Assembly: GCA_038746745.1 (NCBI GenBank)
Contig: JBCDKJ010000016.1
Location: 196-64,195 of the forward strand
DNA: 64,000 nt
Direction: 5' to 3'
Source: Pseudomonadota bacterium
GTDB lineage: Bacteria; Pseudomonadota; Gammaproteobacteria; Pseudomonadales; Halieaceae
The number at the start of each line of letters is the position of its first letter. The stretch's first letter is position 1. A program made the position numbers and the translations under genes. This document shows, one piece after another, positions 50,342 to 60,512 of this stretch. Under the pieces are notes generated by a model. The model was not told the DNA's origin. It did not search any database and saw only the letters and a program-made list of their open reading frames with translations.

Positions 50342-52420
50342 TCAGCGACCCGGCAACGAGCTTTCTGCCCCGTCGCTTATAGGTGCATTCAGCCAGATTG
50401 GTGACGACCAGGCGCGCTCCTGAATGGTTGCGGGCAGATCGGGACGTGGTTCAACGCGCGCGCGAATCGCATCCCAGGTAGACCAGCGACAGGTGGGGTT
50501 TTCCAGAGCGCGCACATAGTAGAAGGCGCTGTCCTCAGCGCGAAAATCGGGGTCCCGCCAGGCGACCTTGAGTTCTGCCGCACCGACGCCTGCGCTTGTG
50601 GAACAGTCCGACAGATCAACACTGGCGCCGTTGTCCGGGCAGCGATGAGTGTTTGGGTCTACGGTCAGCCCGTCGCTACACGCCACGTCGTATACTTGCT
50701 CCCGGTGCTCACCATTTTCCAGCCAGCCCTTGATGATTTGCAGGCGCTGCAGGGGCACGGAAAAGCTGTCGGCTTTGGCCCAGGCGATAAAGAGCGGCGA
50801 AACCTGTTCAGCGGGAAGCTCACCCCCCATCGGCGTTCCGTTGTCATAGGCCTTGCGGATTACGTCAGGCGCGTCCAGTGCCGATTCGGAGAGGCTGGGG
50901 CTGGCGAAAAATCGCAGCTTCATGCGGGGACCGCTGGTGGCAAAGGTTTCTTTGCGGCGGAAAGCGTTGTAAATCGCGTCTCGCGTGTTTTCTTCTGCCC
51001 ACACGCCGGTTAACCCTGAGGCCGACCAGTACTCAAAGGACGAGATCTCCAGGTAGTTGCGTCCTTCAACGCCGACTAGCGTGTTGCTGTCCATGAAGCG
51101 CGCGATGGTGCCGTTCAGGAAGCTCGCGGGCACTGATCCTCGGCGCTCCGGAGTGCCATCCAGCATGCCGGTTTTGGAGTGGTAGTTGTTTTCCTCCGGG
51201 TAGGCCGCCCCGGTGTGAGTATCGGTCGCACCCACAAGGCCGAAGCGGTACGGGTTGATAAAGCCCTGCGCCTGCAGCGTTAATCCTCTAAGGTAGGCAT
51301 CACGCACGTAGCCACCTGCTGGCTCACTGTAGAGCTTGGTGGCTACGCGGTAGGGTGCAATCTCGAAGTTGGCCCACTCGTCGTTTTGGGACAGCAGCGG
51401 ATGGGTTTCTGAGGTGCCCTTGACCTGAGACACTTCGACCAGGGGCTCATTGCGCAGCCGTTGGCTGGTGTAATCATCGTCCATGGGGTTACCGGCCCAG
51501 TCTGTGAGCAGGAACATCTGTCCGTTAGACCCATTGGAATTGTGGGGAATCGCCAGACTCTCGATGCCGTCATCGCGCAACCTGTCCATCCAGTCCCAAA
51601 GCCCTTCCGGGTTTTGCGAGTTGAGCCGGGAAAATGGCAGTGCCGGCAGCCGGTCGGTCCCTCGAAATATCACATTACGGTGCAGATTGCCCCGGTCATT
51701 GGAAGAGGTGGTGTACTCAAACGCGGCAAACGTTGTGAACACACCGGGCTGGTACGCCGCATCGGCGGCATCCACGGCACTGCGCCAGGCAGACCGGCTA
51801 ATCGCGGAAACAACCTTCGGGTCAATTTCACCTGCGAGCAGCCCTTCGAGAATATCCGGTAGAAAACGGGTAAATGCGCGACCACGCTGTAGCAGACTGG
51901 AGCTGTTCATATTGTCGGGGTCGTTGATGCCGCGCATCAGCTCCGCCATTTCATAATGAGAGAAGCGCGGATCCACATCAGCCGCCTTTACCAACCCCAT
52001 AAACATGGCGTGGTCAGTGACAGCATAAAAGTCCAGCGGCTGTTGCAGTCGCACCTCAAATCCAACGGGGTGTCGCAGCGCTTGCCCCTGTGCGTAGCGG
52101 TAGGCGTCCGCCGGAGTTGCGGTGGTGCCAAATGAGTAAGCATCGAAGGAGTTGGCCGTGTGGACGTGTAAGTCGCCGAAGTAGGCATTGCGGTCCGGGT
52201 TTGCTGGAGCCGGACGACGGTCAATGATGCTGTTGTCCAGAGGGATCAGCTCGTTGCTGTCCCGAAATACACCCGCCAATCCCACATTTTCGTCTTGCTG
52301 CGCATCCATCAAGCGCTGGTCGCACCCTAAAACGCCGCTAAGGATTAGCGGCAATATGGCGAACATCAATGTTGCACGTGAGAAGGCAGTGCCTATTCGA
52401 GCGGTGAAAAAGTTAGCCAT
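50342..52420 (-). CDS. DUF3604 domain-containing (PHP-like metal-dependent) lipoprotein
   Basis: Lipobox-like SGVLGC, and the N-terminal metal motif YFGDLHVHTANSFDAY...YAVTDHA typical of DUF3604. Confidence 0.82.
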   Translation of the reverse strand: MANFFTARIGTAFSRATLMFAILPLILSGVLGCDQRLMDAQQDENVGLAGVFRDSNELIPLDNSIIDRRPAPANPDRNAYFGDLHVHTANSFDAYSFGTTATPADAYRYAQGQALRHPVGFEVRLQQPLDFYAVTDHAMFMGLVKAADVDPRFSHYEMAELMRGINDPDNMNSSSLLQRGRAFTRFLPDILEGLLAGEIDPKVVSAISRSAWRSAVDAADAAYQPGVFTTFAAFEYTTSSNDRGNLHRNVIFRGTDRLPALPFSRLNSQNPEGLWDWMDRLRDDGIESLAIPHNSNGSNGQMFLLTDWAGNPMDDDYTSQRLRNEPLVEVSQVKGTSETHPLLSQNDEWANFEIAPYRVATKLYSEPAGGYVRDAYLRGLTLQAQGFINPYRFGLVGATDTHTGAAYPEENNYHSKTGMLDGTPERRGSVPASFLNGTIARFMDSNTLVGVEGRNYLEISSFEYWSASGLTGVWAEENTRDAIYNAFRRKETFATSGPRMKLRFFASPSLSESALDAPDVIRKAYDNGTPMGGELPAEQVSPLFIAWAKADSFSVPLQRLQIIKGWLENGEHREQVYDVACSDGLTVDPNTHRCPDNGASVDLSDCSTSAGVGAAELKVAWRDPDFRAEDSAFYYVRALENPTCRWSTWDAIRARVEPRPDLPATIQERAWSSPIWLNAPISDGAESSLPGR

Positions 52421-52495
52421 GGATGTTCTCTCGAGCTCTGGCCTACGCTGGCCGGGTTTTTATAATGCGCACTGGAAACCAGAGAGTATCAGACA

Positions 52496-52876
52496 ATGAC
52501 GTGTTACGGCGGTGGTTGTCACTGCGGTGCCGTTCGCTTCGAGGTGGACTTATCTGAGGCGCCAGAAGTGCACCGCTGCAATTGTTCCATGTGCAGCATG
52601 CTGGGCTATGAGCATTTGATTGTTCCTGCAGCAAATTTCCGCTTGCTGCAAGGTGAGTCAGCGCTGACCACATATACCTTTAACACGGGTGTTGCGCAGC
52701 ATCGTTTTTGTCGGCATTGCGGGATCAAGTCGTTCTACGTCCCGCGTTCGAATCCCGACGGTTTCAGCGTCAACCTGCGCTGTCTCGATACACAGCCAGA
52801 TAATCTTACGTTTTACGACTTTGACGGTCAGCATTGGGAGCAACATGCGCACAGCCTGACGCACTTAAGTCAGTAG
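52496..52876 (+). CDS. GFA family protein (CENP-V/glutathione-dependent formaldehyde-activating fold)
   Basis: Cys ligand pattern GGCHCG...CNCSMC...FCRHCG. Confidence 0.85.
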   Translation: MTCYGGGCHCGAVRFEVDLSEAPEVHRCNCSMCSMLGYEHLIVPAANFRLLQGESALTTYTFNTGVAQHRFCRHCGIKSFYVPRSNPDGFSVNLRCLDTQPDNLTFYDFDGQHWEQHAHSLTHLSQ

Positions 52877-52928
52877 TCTGAGGCTGATTTAGACAGCAGC
52901 GTTGCCTCGATTTCGCTAGAATGGCGCG

Positions 52929-55079
52929 ATGGATGTCACCCGCATTCTTGACCCCCTCAATGACGCCCAGCGCGATGCCGTAGCGGCAGAAAGCCAGAAT
53001 ATGCTGGTGCTGGCTGGCGCCGGTAGTGGTAAAACTCGCGTGCTCGTGCATCGCATTGCATGGCTGATCCAGGCAGAGGGCTTGTCGCCCTGGTCTATTC
53101 TCGCTGTCACCTTCACCAACAAGGCAGCGCGCGAGATGCGCTCCCGCATTGAAGAGATGCTGGCGATCGGAACCCACGGAATGTGGGTAGGCACATTTCA
53201 TGGACTGGCTCATCGCCTGCTGAAAGCCCACTGGCAGGAGGCCGGGTTACCGCAGAACTTTCAAATTCTCGATGCCGACGATCAGCTACGCCTGGTCAAA
53301 CGCATTTGTCGCGATCTGGAGCTGGACGAAGCCCGCTGGCCACCGCGACAGGCAGTCTGGTACATCAATGGGCAAAAGGATGAGGGGCTGCGTTCGGCCC
53401 ATATAGAAGCGCCGCAATCAGATCCGTTTGCCACAACCATGCTCAGGATATACAGGGCCTATGAAGAGGCCTGTGAGCGGGGCGGCATGGTGGATTTTGC
53501 CGAGCTGCTGCTGCGTGCCCATGAGCTTTGGCTTAAAAATCCTGAGTTGCTGGAGCACTACCGCGGGCGCTTTCGGCACGTGCTGGTAGACGAATTTCAG
53601 GACACCAATACGATTCAATATGCCTGGTTGCGGGTACTGGCAGGACAGTCTATTCCCATAGTAGCGGTTGGTGATGACGACCAATCTATCTACGGTTGGC
53701 GTGGCGCGAAGATCGAGAATATTCAGCGCTTCGGCGAAGACTTCACACCTGTGCGTACGGTGCGCCTTGAACAAAACTATCGGTCGACGGAGACCATTCT
53801 GAAAGCCGCTAATGCTGTGATCTCCCACAACTATGATCGGTTGGGCAAAGAGCTGTGGACCGCAGGCGATCAGGGTGAGGCGATAACGCTTTATGCAGGT
53901 TTCAATGAACAGGACGAGGCACGCTTTATTGTGGAGCGCATTGAATCATGGGTCGCCGGAGGGGAGCTTCGCAGCGAGAGCGCAATTCTTTATCGCTCCA
54001 ACGCGCAGTCTCGTGTGCTGGAAGAAGCGCTGATCAGATCGGGCATGCCCTACCGCATTTACGGCGGGCAGCGCTTTTACGAGCGCCTCGAGATTCGCAA
54101 TGCGCTGGCCTACATGCGTTTGATGGTGAGCCGTGGCGACGACGCCGCGCTGGAGCGTGTGATTAATACGCCACCGCGCGGCATAGGCGGTAAAACGGTG
54201 GATGTTGTGCGCGATACGGCACGAGAGCGGCAGGTGCCACTGTGGCAGGCGATCACCATCCTGAAAGAGGAAGTGGCATTGCCGGGGCGAGCGCTGAATG
54301 CGTTGGAGGCATTCCGCGTATTGATAGACGAGCTCGACACAGCCACGTCGGAGCTGAAACTCGATGAGCTGACGGAACACGTGGTGGAAGTGAGTGGGCT
54401 GCTTGAATACCACGCTAAGGAAAGGGGAGAGAGAGGTCAGGCCCGGGTCGAAAACCTGCAGGAACTGGTCACGGCAGCGCGTCAGTTTGAGCCGGAAAAT
54501 CAGGAGCTTTCGCCCCTGCAGGAGTTTCTGGATAACGCCGCGCTGGATGCCGGAGAGGCACAGGCGGATGCCCACGAGGATAGCGTGCAGCTCATGACCC
54601 TGCACTCCGCCAAAGGCTTGGAGTTTCCCCTGGTGTTTCTGGCGGGTATGGAAGAGAACCTGTTTCCCCATCGCATGTCGCTGGAGGAACCAGGCCGTCT
54701 GGAGGAGGAGCGCAGGCTCTGCTACGTGGGTATTACCAGGGCTATGCAGCGACTGGTAATCAGTTATGCCGAAACGCGCAGGCTGCACGGCAATGAGAAC
54801 TTCAATGCGCCGTCCCGCTTCATTCGAGAGATTCCCACGGAGCTAATGGAGGAAGTGCGGCTCAATAACACCATCACGCGACCCGCCATGATTGGACAGG
54901 CCGCCGAGGCTGCCGACACCGGCCTTAACCTGGGGCAGCGCGTTTTTCACCAGGTGTTCGGTGAGGGAGTGGTGCTGAATTTTGAGGGACGTGGCAGCAA
55001 CGCCCGGGTTGAAGTGAACTTTGACGACGAGGGTAGCAAGTGGCTGGTGGTGCAATACGCCAATCTGCAGGCCATGTAA
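52929..55079 (+). CDS. uvrD: DNA helicase II UvrD
   Basis: SF1 helicase motifs (AGAGSGKT, VDEFQDTN, YRS, TLHSAKGLEFP, VGITRA); 716 aa. Confidence 0.97.
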   Translation: MDVTRILDPLNDAQRDAVAAESQNMLVLAGAGSGKTRVLVHRIAWLIQAEGLSPWSILAVTFTNKAAREMRSRIEEMLAIGTHGMWVGTFHGLAHRLLKAHWQEAGLPQNFQILDADDQLRLVKRICRDLELDEARWPPRQAVWYINGQKDEGLRSAHIEAPQSDPFATTMLRIYRAYEEACERGGMVDFAELLLRAHELWLKNPELLEHYRGRFRHVLVDEFQDTNTIQYAWLRVLAGQSIPIVAVGDDDQSIYGWRGAKIENIQRFGEDFTPVRTVRLEQNYRSTETILKAANAVISHNYDRLGKELWTAGDQGEAITLYAGFNEQDEARFIVERIESWVAGGELRSESAILYRSNAQSRVLEEALIRSGMPYRIYGGQRFYERLEIRNALAYMRLMVSRGDDAALERVINTPPRGIGGKTVDVVRDTARERQVPLWQAITILKEEVALPGRALNALEAFRVLIDELDTATSELKLDELTEHVVEVSGLLEYHAKERGERGQARVENLQELVTAARQFEPENQELSPLQEFLDNAALDAGEAQADAHEDSVQLMTLHSAKGLEFPLVFLAGMEENLFPHRMSLEEPGRLEEERRLCYVGITRAMQRLVISYAETRRLHGNENFNAPSRFIREIPTELMEEVRLNNTITRPAMIGQAAEAADTGLNLGQRVFHQVFGEGVVLNFEGRGSNARVEVNFDDEGSKWLVVQYANLQAM

Positions 55080-55110
55080 GCTTGGAGTCAAGCAGCGAAA
55101 AGGAGTAGCC

Positions 55111-56262
55111 ATGACAGGCGCCTCGCGAGAACAAAGAGTGTTACCGCTGGTGGCTTTAGTGCTGCTGGCAGCACTGCTAGCTGCCTTGGCCGGCTGGGCG
55201 ATGGACCGGGTACAGCGCAGTACCGCAACAAGTGGAATCAGCGTTGGCGAAGACGACGTCATTCGCTGGAAGATGGTTACCACCTGGCCCAAGAACTTCC
55301 CCGGGCTGGGTTCTGCACCGGAAAACTTCTCGCGGCTGGTCAATGATATGAGCGGTGGTCGCCTGCGGGTACAGGTGTATGGCGCCGGAGAAATTGTGCC
55401 GGCTTTCGGCGTGTTTGACGCAGTGTCCCAGGGGGTTGCCGAGATGGGGCACGGAGCTGCCTATTACTGGACAGGCAAAGTGCCCGCCTCGGTATTCTTC
55501 ACGGCCATCCCATTTGGTTTCACAGCCGACGAGGCCAGTGCCTGGATGCATTATGGTGGCGGCCTGGAGTTATGGCGCGAAGCGTACGCGCCCTTCAATC
55601 TGATTCCCATGGCCGGCGGCAATACCGGTGTGCAAATGGCGGGCTGGTTCAATCGCGAAATCAACTCTCTGGAGGATATGCGCGGGCTGAAGATGCGCAT
55701 ACCGGGGCTGGGGGGTGAAGTGTTTACCAGGTTGGGCGGTGTCGCCGTAACCATGCCGGGTGGCGAGCTGTACACGTCGCTGCAGACCGGCGTGATTGAT
55801 GCGACCGAGTGGGTGGGGCCCTATAACGATTTGGCCATGGGTTTGCATGAGGTGACCAAGTACTACTATTACCCGGGCTGGCAGGAGCCTGGTCCGATGC
55901 TGGAGGTGATTGTGAACAAGCCTGCATTCCAGTCGCTACCACCCGACCTGCAGGCGATCGTTGAAACCGCGTCGCGCGCCGTCAATCAGGACATGCTGGA
56001 CGAGTACACAGCGCGTAATAACCGAGCGCTACAGGAGCTGGTGGACGATCACGGAGTCGAGCTGCGCCGGTTGCCCGATGATGTGTTACTAGAGCTGAAG
56101 CGCCTGTCGCGGGATGCTGTGGAAGAGCTGGCGGAAACGGATCCTGTCGCGGCGAAAGTGTATGCGTCGTTTACCGAGTTCTACAGCGGCGTGAAGAACT
56201 ACCACCACATCTCTGAGCAGGCCTATATCAACGCCAGAGATCTGGGCGACCCTGAGCCATAG
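55111..56262 (+). CDS. TRAP transporter substrate-binding protein (DctP superfamily)
   Basis: AAAAGGAG Shine-Dalgarno before ATG 55111, a signal/anchor segment, and a TRAP SBP core (YYWTGKVPASVFFTAIPFG...AGWFNREI). The track start 55021 overlaps uvrD. Confidence 0.9.
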   Translation: MTGASREQRVLPLVALVLLAALLAALAGWAMDRVQRSTATSGISVGEDDVIRWKMVTTWPKNFPGLGSAPENFSRLVNDMSGGRLRVQVYGAGEIVPAFGVFDAVSQGVAEMGHGAAYYWTGKVPASVFFTAIPFGFTADEASAWMHYGGGLELWREAYAPFNLIPMAGGNTGVQMAGWFNREINSLEDMRGLKMRIPGLGGEVFTRLGGVAVTMPGGELYTSLQTGVIDATEWVGPYNDLAMGLHEVTKYYYYPGWQEPGPMLEVIVNKPAFQSLPPDLQAIVETASRAVNQDMLDEYTARNNRALQELVDDHGVELRRLPDDVLLELKRLSRDAVEELAETDPVAAKVYASFTEFYSGVKNYHHISEQAYINARDLGDPEP

Positions 56263-56276
56263 GCCTGCGCGAATCG

Positions 56277-57134
56277 CTACTCTGGTTTCACAAATAGCAG
56301 CGTCATGCGCTCGCTTTCACCGATGGCCCGGTGACGGTCTTTTTCTGCATCAGACTCCAGGCCGCGCAGATTGGGGGGTAGCTGCCAGACGCCATTTTCG
56401 TGGCGTTTGGTATCCAACGGGTTCAGGTTAAAAAACCCCTCGGCCTCCAGCTCAAAGCCCGCCGCCGTGGCGACAGCAATTACATAGTCGCGGCCCAGGT
56501 AGCCGATATTTCTGGACATCCAGTCCTGGTCTTCGTCCGCCATGTGCTGCACGACGCCGAGCTTGCCGCCGGGCTTCAGCACATCAAAAAAATGCTCAAA
56601 TGCCACATGTTCCAGCCCGCGAGCACGCCAGCCGTGCGTGTTGCGGAAGGTCAGAATACGGTCAGCGCTGCCCGAAGGCGCTGCACTGATAGTGAGCGAT
56701 TTTTCGGCTTCATCAAACATCAGGGAGGCAATCTCAACCTGATCGTAGACTCGTTTGTTAGCAGCGAGCTTTCTTTCGAATGCTTCCCGGGCGCGGGGCC
56801 GATAGCTGGCCTGGGTATCGGAAGCATCATAGTGCGCCGCAATCAGTTTGCCGCGCGTGCGCAGATAGGGCGCGAGGATTTCGGTGTACCAGCCACCCCC
56901 TGGCCAGATTTCTACCACAGTGTGGTATGGCTGCACATCGAACAGGGCCAGTGTTTGCACAGGATTACGGTAAGCGTCGCGGGCAGCGTAAGACGGAGTC
57001 CGTTGATCGCCTGCGACCGCTTGTTCCAGCGCAGCCACGTCCGCCCATGCAGACGCGCAACCCAGCAGGGAGGCCACCAACAAGCACAGGGATGATCTTG
57101 CTAGCGATGGTGTTGTGATGCGTGCAGAATTCAT
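56277..57134 (-). CDS. Predicted SAM-dependent methyltransferase with signal peptide
   Basis: Signal peptide ...LLGCASAWA, and a Rossmann-type segment VVEIWPGGGWYTEILAPYL. Confidence 0.65.
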   Translation of the reverse strand: MNSARITTPSLARSSLCLLVASLLGCASAWADVAALEQAVAGDQRTPSYAARDAYRNPVQTLALFDVQPYHTVVEIWPGGGWYTEILAPYLRTRGKLIAAHYDASDTQASYRPRAREAFERKLAANKRVYDQVEIASLMFDEAEKSLTISAAPSGSADRILTFRNTHGWRARGLEHVAFEHFFDVLKPGGKLGVVQHMADEDQDWMSRNIGYLGRDYVIAVATAAGFELEAEGFFNLNPLDTKRHENGVWQLPPNLRGLESDAEKDRHRAIGESERMTLLFVKPE

Positions 57135-57188
57135 AGAGCTTCTCTGTGTGGTACGTTAATTTCTATGTGTCAGGTCTCGATGTTTGAC

Positions 57189-57587
57189 TTATCCGCGCGC
57201 TGACACGGCGCGGGTGCGCCCATTTTCATCGATGGCGACAAACACAAATTCGCCCTCGGTTACCTTGATAGGCTCACCGTCGTGCTTGGAGTTGATCCAG
57301 ACTTCCACCATCATCCGGATTGAGCTGCGACCAATTTCTAATACATCGGTGTAGCAGCTAACGACAGCGCCAACATGCACCGGCGTTAAAAATGCCATCC
57401 CGTCAACGGCGACGGTGGCAACCCTGCCCGCAGCGACCTCACCCGCCGCGATGCCGCCGGCGAGGTCCATCTGCGACAGCAACCACCCGCCAAAAATATC
57501 GCCATTGGCATTGGTGTCCTTCGGCATGGCGATGGTTTGCAAGGCCAGTTCACCCTGAGGCAGCGGCGTGCTGTCGATATCGTTCAT
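57189..57587 (-). CDS. Acyl-CoA thioesterase (YciA-like hotdog fold)
   Basis: LALQTIAMPKDTNANGDIFGGWLLSQMD is typical of YciA-type thioesterases. Start taken at MNDIDS (57587). Confidence 0.88.
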   Translation of the reverse strand: MNDIDSTPLPQGELALQTIAMPKDTNANGDIFGGWLLSQMDLAGGIAAGEVAAGRVATVAVDGMAFLTPVHVGAVVSCYTDVLEIGRSSIRMMVEVWINSKHDGEPIKVTEGEFVFVAIDENGRTRAVSARG

Positions 57588-57615
57588 GTAGGTTCCATTC
57601 GCAGCGGCGAACCGC

Positions 57616-58995
57616 TTAGTGATTGAGTGTCTCGGGCAGCCAGGTGGCGAGTTCCGGCCAGATGACCAGCAGCACCAAGACGCTGAGCTGGATAATAATA
57701 AATGGAATGACACCGCGGTAGATAGCGCCGGTGGGAATACTCTCCGGTGCCACTCCCCTCAGATAGAACAGTGCGAAACCGAATGGTGGTGTCAAAAAAG
57801 AGGTCTGCAGGTTAATAGCAATCATGATGCCCAGCCACACCGGATCCAAACCCATGGTCAACAGCACCGGCCCCACTACGGGCACCACCACAAAGGTGAT
57901 TTCGATGAAGTCGAGAATAAAGCCGAGCAAAAAGATGATCAGCATAACGACCAGCGTGGCGCCCATGACGCCGCCCGGCATCGCATGAAAATAATGGTGG
58001 ATAAGCTCCTCGCCTCCAAAGCCACGAAACACCAGCGAGAATAGCGCCGCTCCTATGAGAATCATGAACACCATGCACGTGACTTCCAGCGTGTTAGTGA
58101 CGACCTCACGCAGCCGGAGCATGTCCATCTGACCCTTGGCCAGCGCCAGCAGCAGTGCGCCAATAGCGCCAACGCCGGCAGCTTCTGTGGGTGTTGCTGC
58201 GCCGCTTAGTATGGAGCCCAGTACTGTGGTAATCAGCACCAGCGGTGGAGCCAGTCCGCGCAGCAGGCCAGGCAGGGACACCGACTTCACCTCACTAACC
58301 GCTGGCGCATGCTGGGGACGTACAGTTGCATAGGTGATGAGATACAGGATGTATAAGGCCACGAGAATCAGCCCGGGAATCAGGGCTCCTATAAATAAGT
58401 CCCCTACTGACACGGTGTCGGGATTAAAGATGTTCATCTTCAACTGCGCCTGCTGATAGGCGCTGGAGAGAATATCGCCCAGTAGTACCAGGGCTATGGA
58501 GGGCGGGATAATCTGTCCCAGCGTTCCAGTTGCGCAAATGGTGCCTGTGGCCAGCGCGGGATCGTAGCCGCGCTTTACCATGCTCGGCAGCGACAGCAGT
58601 CCCATGGTCACCACGGTGGCGCCAACAATGCCGGTGGAGGCGGCCAGCAGTGCACCGACCACCACTACCGAGATGCCAAGTCCACCGCGCAAGCTCGCAA
58701 AGACCCTGGCCATATTGTCCAGAAGCTCTTCTGCAACTCGCGACTTTTCAAGGACAACACCCATCATGATGAACAGAGGTACCGCGATTAGCGTGATGTT
58801 GCTGACCGTGCCAAATAAACGCCCCGGCAGTGCGGACAGAAACGCAGGGTCGAAGCTGCCCAGCAGAATACCGCCGATGGCAAATAACAGCGCTGTGCCA
58901 GCCAGCGTGTATGCGACCGGGTAGCCAGCCATGAGCGCAATGCAAACGCAGGCGAACATGTAGAGAGAGGCAAAACTGTAGGGCGTATCTGTCAT
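57616..58995 (-). CDS. TRAP transporter large permease (DctM)
   Basis: 459 aa, about 12 or more TM helices, DctM family sequence. Confidence 0.95.
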   Translation of the reverse strand: MTDTPYSFASLYMFACVCIALMAGYPVAYTLAGTALLFAIGGILLGSFDPAFLSALPGRLFGTVSNITLIAVPLFIMMGVVLEKSRVAEELLDNMARVFASLRGGLGISVVVVGALLAASTGIVGATVVTMGLLSLPSMVKRGYDPALATGTICATGTLGQIIPPSIALVLLGDILSSAYQQAQLKMNIFNPDTVSVGDLFIGALIPGLILVALYILYLITYATVRPQHAPAVSEVKSVSLPGLLRGLAPPLVLITTVLGSILSGAATPTEAAGVGAIGALLLALAKGQMDMLRLREVVTNTLEVTCMVFMILIGAALFSLVFRGFGGEELIHHYFHAMPGGVMGATLVVMLIIFLLGFILDFIEITFVVVPVVGPVLLTMGLDPVWLGIMIAINLQTSFLTPPFGFALFYLRGVAPESIPTGAIYRGVIPFIIIQLSVLVLLVIWPELATWLPETLNH

Positions 58996-59010
58996 AGGGC
59001 GTCGTCGGGC

Positions 59011-59520
59011 TTAGCCAGCATCTATCAGCGTGAGCGCGTTGCGGGCAAGCTCGGCTATTCCCTGTAGCAGCAGGCTCAATGCCATCAGCGGGATGAGACT
59101 TTTAAGCAGGAAAACCGCGTGGATGCCACCCGGGTCCGGTGAACCTTCGCGAATACGCCACGCCTCCAGAACAAAGTCTGCACTTATTGCCATAACAAAC
59201 AGGCAGAAGGGCAGCAGAAAAAGTACGGCACCGACCGCGTTAACCCAGGCTTGCTGCCGAAGCGTGAAGCGGCGGTAAAAAATATCGACTCGTACGTGGC
59301 CGTCTCGGCGCAGGGTGAAGGCCGCGCCCATCATGAACAGCAGAGCATGCATATAGGTGATGCATTCCTGCAGCGCCACCGAGCCCACTCCAAGCCCATA
59401 GCGCAGCGCAACGATGAGACCCGTGGTGACCGCCAGCAGCAAACAGACCCAGGCCAGTGCACGGCCTGAACGCTCGGTAAAACCATCGATGATGTCGATA
59501 CAGCGGCGTATCGTAGGCAT
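59011..59520 (-). CDS. TRAP transporter small permease (DctQ)
   Basis: 4-TM small subunit immediately upstream of DctM. Start taken at MPTIRR (59520). Confidence 0.85.
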   Translation of the reverse strand: MPTIRRCIDIIDGFTERSGRALAWVCLLLAVTTGLIVALRYGLGVGSVALQECITYMHALLFMMGAAFTLRRDGHVRVDIFYRRFTLRQQAWVNAVGAVLFLLPFCLFVMAISADFVLEAWRIREGSPDPGGIHAVFLLKSLIPLMALSLLLQGIAELARNALTLIDAG

Positions 59521-59712
59521 GTGTAGAGAGCGCTCCCCGGGTGGTATTTGAAGTGGTCCGGAGTATGATGCGCAGCAGTATATCACTGGCCAGTGCACTA
59601 CTATGCCGCAGGGCTAGCCACTGCCAGGCCCCTGCTCGTGAAGATACTGGTTGTAGCAGATCGATCTGCTGATGAATTGAACCGTTGACGAAATAATACG
59701 AAGAGTGAACCC

Positions 59713-60486
59713 ATGTTAATCGTACTGTCGCCCGCGAAAACCCTCGACTACGAAACTCCGCCGACCACGCGCAGGAGTACCCAGCCTGCTTTGCTGGACC
59801 AGGCGGCCAGCCTGGTAGATGACGCTCGGCAGCTATCCCCGCATCAAATTACCAAGCTGATGGGAGTGAGTGACAAGATTGCCGAGCTGAACCACGAGCG
59901 TTTTATGAATTGGGGTCAGCCTTTCACCCTGGAGAATGCCAAGCAGTCAGTACTGGCTTTTAAGGGAGACGTCTATACCGGCCTGGACGCAGATAGTCTC
60001 AGTAGTGACGATCTGGCATTCGCACAGAAGCATCTGCGTATTTTGTCGGGCCTCTACGGAGTGCTGCGGCCGCTGGATCTGATGCAGCCCTACCGCTTGG
60101 AAATGGGCTTAAAATTCGCCAACAGCGGCGGCAAAAATCTATACGAGTTCTGGGGCGACGACATCACGGCCTTGTTGAACAAACAGCTCAAGAGCCTCAA
60201 GTCCGATGTGTTGGTCAATCTGGCCTCTAACGAGTACTTCAAATCAGTCCAGCCTGGCGTCCTCAATGCAGAGGTGATCACGCCAGTGTTTAAAGATATG
60301 AAAGGGGGCAAATACCGCGTTATCAGCTTCTTCGCCAAGAAGGCACGCGGACAGATGGCACGCTTCGCTATTGAAAAACGCCTGCAAGACGTCTCCGGTC
60401 TCAAGCGTTTTCGTCAGGATGGCTACCGTTTCAATAAAGCGGAATCGACCGCGCGGGAGTGGGTGTTCACCCGAGACCAGGTTTAG
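59713..60486 (+). CDS. yaaA: Peroxide stress protein YaaA (UPF0246)
   Basis: MLIVLSPAKTLDYETPP start and a conserved YaaA core. Confidence 0.93.
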   Translation: MLIVLSPAKTLDYETPPTTRRSTQPALLDQAASLVDDARQLSPHQITKLMGVSDKIAELNHERFMNWGQPFTLENAKQSVLAFKGDVYTGLDADSLSSDDLAFAQKHLRILSGLYGVLRPLDLMQPYRLEMGLKFANSGGKNLYEFWGDDITALLNKQLKSLKSDVLVNLASNEYFKSVQPGVLNAEVITPVFKDMKGGKYRVISFFAKKARGQMARFAIEKRLQDVSGLKRFRQDGYRFNKAESTAREWVFTRDQV

Positions 60487-60512
60487 CCTGCTCAGAAAAC
60501 GGACCGCTGGGT

